From: Dehalococcoidia bacterium
GTDB taxonomy: Bacteria > Chloroflexota > Dehalococcoidia > GIF9 > AB-539-J10
DNA: 38,114 nucleotides
Assembly: GCA_021162245.1 (NCBI GenBank)
Contig: JAGGZD010000029.1
Location: forward strand, 1-38,114
Direction: 5' to 3'
Shown: piece by piece, positions 34,516 through 38,114 of the stretch
Position numbering within the stretch: position 1 is the first letter of the stretch
Layout: every line of letters starts with the position of its first letter
Position numbers and translations under genes: made by a program
The notes under the pieces: generated by a model
Told to the model about the DNA's origin: nothing
What the model saw: the letters and a program-made list of their open reading frames with translations, nothing else
Databases searched by the model: none

Positions 34516-35846
34516 CAAAGAAGAATTTTTCTTTGCTCATCTTCATTCTGGTGTTATTTGGCTTTGCTCTCTGGTCAATAGTGCCGTTCAACACAAAACT
34601 ACTAGGACCTAATGGACTACGGCTTGGCCTAGACCTCAAAGGTGGCAGCCAGTTGCTGTATGAGGCTGATTTGTCTAAGAAAAGCTCTTCTATAACTGAC
34701 GAGGAAGCCATGTCGGCGGTGATAAGTAAGATTCAGCGAAGAGTCAATGAATATGGTGTTGCCGAGCCTGTGATTCAGAAAGAGGGTACTAATCGGATAT
34801 TAGTTCAGCTCCCAGGGATTAAAGATATTAATAGAGCCATTAACCTCATTGGCGAAACCGGGATGCTTTATTTTGCTGAACCTGAACTTGATGAAACCGG
34901 TAAACCGAAATTTGACGAAGATGGGAATCCCGTTTTTAAGGATGAGCCTGCTAAAGCTATAAACAAAGATGGTAATATGGAAGAACTCACTGGAAAATAT
35001 TTAAAACGGGCATGGCAAGACCTTGGTGCTTATAATGAGCCGCTCGTTAGATTTGAATGGGATAGTGAAGGAGCGCGTCTCTTTGAGCAAATAACGGAAC
35101 GCAATTTACACAAGCAGCTGGCTATCTTTGTGGACGATAAGGTGATTTCAGCCCCAGTGGTGCAAGCAGTGATTAGCGATAGCGGGCAAATTACAGGTAG
35201 TTTTACATTGGATGAAGCTGCAGACTTAGTAACTCAGCTTAACTCTGGTGCATTAGATGTACCCTTAGCGCTCATAGACCAGCGGGATGTGGATGCTACT
35301 TTAGGCGCTGACTCCGTAAAGAAAAGTATTCTGGCTGCTGAAATTGGGTTGATATTGCTATTGTTATTTATGTTTCTTTATTATCGTCTACCAGGTGTAG
35401 TAGCTTGTGTTAGCTTGGGGATTTATGGAATTGTACTTTTGGCTATCTTTAAACTTTTCCACGCAAACTTAACTTTGACCCTCCCTGGCATTGCGGCCGC
35501 AATCTTATCTTTGGGTATGGCGGTTGATGCCAATATTCTTATATTTGAGCGGCTAAAGGAGGAATTAAGAACCGGGCGTACTCTGGGCGCAGCGGTAGAG
35601 GCTGGATTCAATCGTGCATGGCCTGCTATTCGGGATAGTAATACCACCACCTTTATTGCCTGCATCATCCTTTTCTGGTTAGGTGGCACTTTCGGCGCTT
35701 TTATGGTTAGAGGCTTTGCGCTGACTCTATTTATCGGTGTAGCTCTATCTATGTTTACTGCTATCGTCGTTACCCGAACTTTCCTTCGCTTTATTGTGAG
35801 CATAGGGTTAGTTGTTAACCCAGCGGTTTATGGAGTAAAAACATGA
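34512..35846 (+). CDS. secD: protein translocase subunit SecD
   Basis: 444-aa ORF with a TTG start overlapping the upstream stop. It has an N-terminal TM anchor, a periplasmic domain (GLDLKGGSQL) and a C-terminal block of six TM segments. Confidence 0.9.
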   Translation: MTKKNFSLLIFILVLFGFALWSIVPFNTKLLGPNGLRLGLDLKGGSQLLYEADLSKKSSSITDEEAMSAVISKIQRRVNEYGVAEPVIQKEGTNRILVQLPGIKDINRAINLIGETGMLYFAEPELDETGKPKFDEDGNPVFKDEPAKAINKDGNMEELTGKYLKRAWQDLGAYNEPLVRFEWDSEGARLFEQITERNLHKQLAIFVDDKVISAPVVQAVISDSGQITGSFTLDEAADLVTQLNSGALDVPLALIDQRDVDATLGADSVKKSILAAEIGLILLLLFMFLYYRLPGVVACVSLGIYGIVLLAIFKLFHANLTLTLPGIAAAILSLGMAVDANILIFERLKEELRTGRTLGAAVEAGFNRAWPAIRDSNTTTFIACIILFWLGGTFGAFMVRGFALTLFIGVALSMFTAIVVTRTFLRFIVSIGLVVNPAVYGVKT

Positions 35847-36760
35847 TCGACTTTGTAGGCAAGAGAAAGTGGTTTTTCCTTTTCTCAGCCCTGATAATAA
35901 TTGTAGCTATAATTTCGCTAGCGGCTTTTAAGCTGCGGCCGGGAATTGATTTTACTGGTGGTACATCTATGACACTCCGCTTTACCCCACAAGTGGAACA
36001 GGAGCAACTACGTCAGGAGTTCACAAACCTGGGGCATCCTGAAGCTATAGTTCAAATGAGCGGGGGGGATTTTTTAGTTCGCCTGAAAGAAATATCACCC
36101 CAGGAACGGGAAAGCTTAAGCGAGGAGCTAGAGACAAGTCTGGGTAGTGAGATTAAAGTCCGTGATTATAATGCCATTTCCGCATCTATAGCTGCTAACA
36201 CAGCTCGCAACGCCGGCATTGCTGTGATGATAGCTGCCGTAGCCATGTTGCTTTATATTGCCTGGGCTTTTCGCCGTATGCCCAATCCCTTTCGCTGGGG
36301 CGCTTGTGCTATTATTGCTTTAGTTCATGATGTACTTATAGTAATGGGCATTTTCTCTATCCTGGGTCGAACGGCTAATGTAGAAGTCAATGCTATGTTC
36401 ATTACTGGATTGTTGACGGTGGTGGGCTATAGTGTAAATAATACTGTGGTCGCTTTTGACCGTATTCGGGAAAACATGGTTAAAGGGATTGACCCTGATT
36501 TTGCGGTGACGGTAAATTCGAGCCTTCTGGAAACTCTGACACGTTCCTTGAATACCTCTTTAACCACGCTCTGTGTTATCTTGGCGCTTTTCCTTTTTGG
36601 TGGAAGCACGATTCATCTTTTCGTCGCAGTACTGCTTGTTGGCTTGCTTGCAGGGACCTATAGTTCTTTATTTATTGCGGGGCCGCTTATGGTAACGTGG
36701 GAGAAGGGGGAGTGGGGGCAGTTATTTCCCTGGATTCCCGCCGGTGAAAAACCTGTATAG
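35843..36760 (+). CDS. secF: protein translocase subunit SecF
   Basis: 305-aa ORF with an ATGA overlap onto secD. It carries GIDFTGGT and the typical SecF TM block. Confidence 0.9.
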   Translation: MIDFVGKRKWFFLFSALIIIVAIISLAAFKLRPGIDFTGGTSMTLRFTPQVEQEQLRQEFTNLGHPEAIVQMSGGDFLVRLKEISPQERESLSEELETSLGSEIKVRDYNAISASIAANTARNAGIAVMIAAVAMLLYIAWAFRRMPNPFRWGACAIIALVHDVLIVMGIFSILGRTANVEVNAMFITGLLTVVGYSVNNTVVAFDRIRENMVKGIDPDFAVTVNSSLLETLTRSLNTSLTTLCVILALFLFGGSTIHLFVAVLLVGLLAGTYSSLFIAGPLMVTWEKGEWGQLFPWIPAGEKPV

Positions 36761-36795
36761 ATATTGTATAGCTGTCTAAATTCTGAGATCAGGTG

Positions 36796-37833
36796 TTATT
36801 GTTGAAACAGGTGCTGCATTTGTTTTATTTTCTTGATGCGTTCCTCAACCCCCTCTGGCTTCCTTCCCGTTGCTTTTCCTAGCGTATCCACTATCTCGGG
36901 TTCCTCTAGAAGCATATCAAAGGTAGCCTTGACTGCAGATGCGACGACTTGAAGGTTATATCCACCCTCTAGTGTGAAAACAAGGCGTTCCTTGCATAGT
37001 TCACTGGCTAAGTTTTTCAGTGTTATTACCATTTGGGCGAAACCGGTAATGCTCACTTGCATCATGGCTATGTTATCGGCCCAGTGAGGATCGAAGCCTG
37101 CAGATACAAGTATAAGTTGTGGCTGGAACCGTCTTGCTACTGGAATCAATATTTCGTTAAAGGCTCTCAAATATTCCTCATCGCCCCAGCCAGCGGGCAT
37201 TGGGAAATTAACTGTATAACCTTCTCCTTTCCCTGAGCCAACTTCATTTATCCATCCCGTCCCAGGGTAAAAAGGATATTGATGGATGGAGAAGTAAAGA
37301 ACTTTGGGGTTGGTGTAAAAAGCCTCTTGAGTGCCATTGCCATGATGAACATCGAAGTCGACAATGAGAACGCGATCTATGTTGAAGTTGGCCAGAGCAA
37401 ACTTAGCTGCAATAGCTACATTATTGAAAATGCAAAAACCCATTGCTTGGGTCCTGGTAGCGTGGTGTCCTGGGGGTCTGACTAAAGCAAAGGAACTATT
37501 CACCTCCTCTTCCATTACTGCCTCCACGGCGGTTAGAAGCCCACCAGCGGCATACAAAGCTGCTTTGTAAGATTTTGGTCCCATCACTGTATCAGGGTCT
37601 AACCAATCACCACCTCTTTCAGCTACGCTCTTAATTCTGGAAATATAGTCTGCGTCGTGCACCATTTTCAGTTCCTCCACTGAGGCGGGGCGTGGTGGTA
37701 GCAATATGAGTTTTTTCTTAACTCCGCTCTCCTCTAAATGCGACATTATGGCTGCTACACGCTGGGGGTTCTCTGGATGGTTGCCGGTAGTGTGTTCAAG
37801 ATAGATTGGGTCATAAATTAAACTAGTTCTCAT
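36796..37833 (-). CDS. histone deacetylase-family (AcuC/Aph-like) amidohydrolase
   Basis: It has the motifs VRPPGHHA and DFDVHHGNGTQ. The ORF extends to 37872, but family members normally begin near MRTSLIYDPIYLEH. Confidence 0.85.
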   Translation of the reverse strand: MRTSLIYDPIYLEHTTGNHPENPQRVAAIMSHLEESGVKKKLILLPPRPASVEELKMVHDADYISRIKSVAERGGDWLDPDTVMGPKSYKAALYAAGGLLTAVEAVMEEEVNSSFALVRPPGHHATRTQAMGFCIFNNVAIAAKFALANFNIDRVLIVDFDVHHGNGTQEAFYTNPKVLYFSIHQYPFYPGTGWINEVGSGKGEGYTVNFPMPAGWGDEEYLRAFNEILIPVARRFQPQLILVSAGFDPHWADNIAMMQVSITGFAQMVITLKNLASELCKERLVFTLEGGYNLQVVASAVKATFDMLLEEPEIVDTLGKATGRKPEGVEERIKKIKQMQHLFQQ

Positions 37834-37994
37834 GTCTTCATTATACCAGAGCTGGTGGAACAAAATGGCCATGATTTTTGGGCAGGGAGCAGGATTTCTT
37901 CCCAGAATAAATGGATTAGCATTGCTGGGTCAGGGATATCTATTTTCGCCACTTTTTGCGACGTTAAGTATTGATATGGCTTGACTGTATGCTG

Positions 37995-38023
37995 TTTACA
38001 AGGAAGTTGTTTGTAAATATAAT
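37995..38023 (+). promoter_or_regulatory. near-consensus sigma70-type promoter (TTTACA-17 nt-TATAAT) firing toward the right window edge
   Basis: The hexamers and the 17-nt spacer were read directly from the sequence. The region is non-coding and divergent from the HDAC-family gene. Confidence 0.35.
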
Positions 38024-38114
38024 GAACATGTCAGGATTAGTTTACCAGTCTATTCCAATTGAATAATGAGCCTGAATAAGATGGGTTCAGGCAACCCGGT
38101 TAATATTAACAAAC

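Noticed and set aside
1-38114. I searched by eye for CRISPR arrays, transposases or integrases, toxin-antitoxin pairs, restriction-modification or other defence genes, and rRNA or tRNA genes.
   Set aside because: I saw no regularly spaced repeats, no recombinase or nuclease-NTPase defence-like ORFs and no tRNA cloverleaf candidates. All large ORFs have ordinary housekeeping or metabolic assignments.

Overview
This looks like a compact bacterial chromosomal segment of mostly housekeeping genes with about 46-48% GC by eye. The gene set is asd, proB, mfd, hpt, ade, glyQS, thyX, rsmG, pdxS, tmk, mnmA, rnhB, yraN, serS, lysS, pcrA, mutL, a CCA/poly(A)-polymerase-family enzyme, secD and secF. There is also a class-V aminotransferase-fold protein, a SpoIIIAA/Ycf45-like ATPase and an HDAC-family deacetylase. 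The gene content (thyX, short-type asd, alpha2 GlyRS, MOFRL kinase, tight overlapping gene junctions) would fit a streamlined Chloroflexota/Dehalococcoidia-like genome, but that is inference only. I found no rRNA, tRNA, CRISPR array, transposase, integrase or recognisable defence system. The only accessory-looking stretch is about 18.67-26.1 kb, and it has two parts. (i) A decay zone (18.67-21.1 kb) holds an internal fragment of a carbon-nitrogen hydrolase, an apparently intact MOFRL glycerate-kinase-family gene carrying a 27-bp exact repeat, and an internally deleted saccharopine-dehydrogenase (SDH) relic. (ii) A six-gene minus-strand operon (21.1-26.1 kb) encodes an SDH-like enzyme plus a multi-subunit Fe-S flavoprotein: a Pyr_redox flavoprotein, a 4Fe-4S ferredoxin-domain subunit, two separate small 2Fe-2S proteins and a DAO-family flavoprotein. 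This resembles opine oxidase, HcnABC and archaeal proline dehydrogenase complexes but matches none of them exactly. That operon is my best candidate for an uncharacterised system. Its substrate cannot be read from the sequence, and I do not claim it is novel without database searches.
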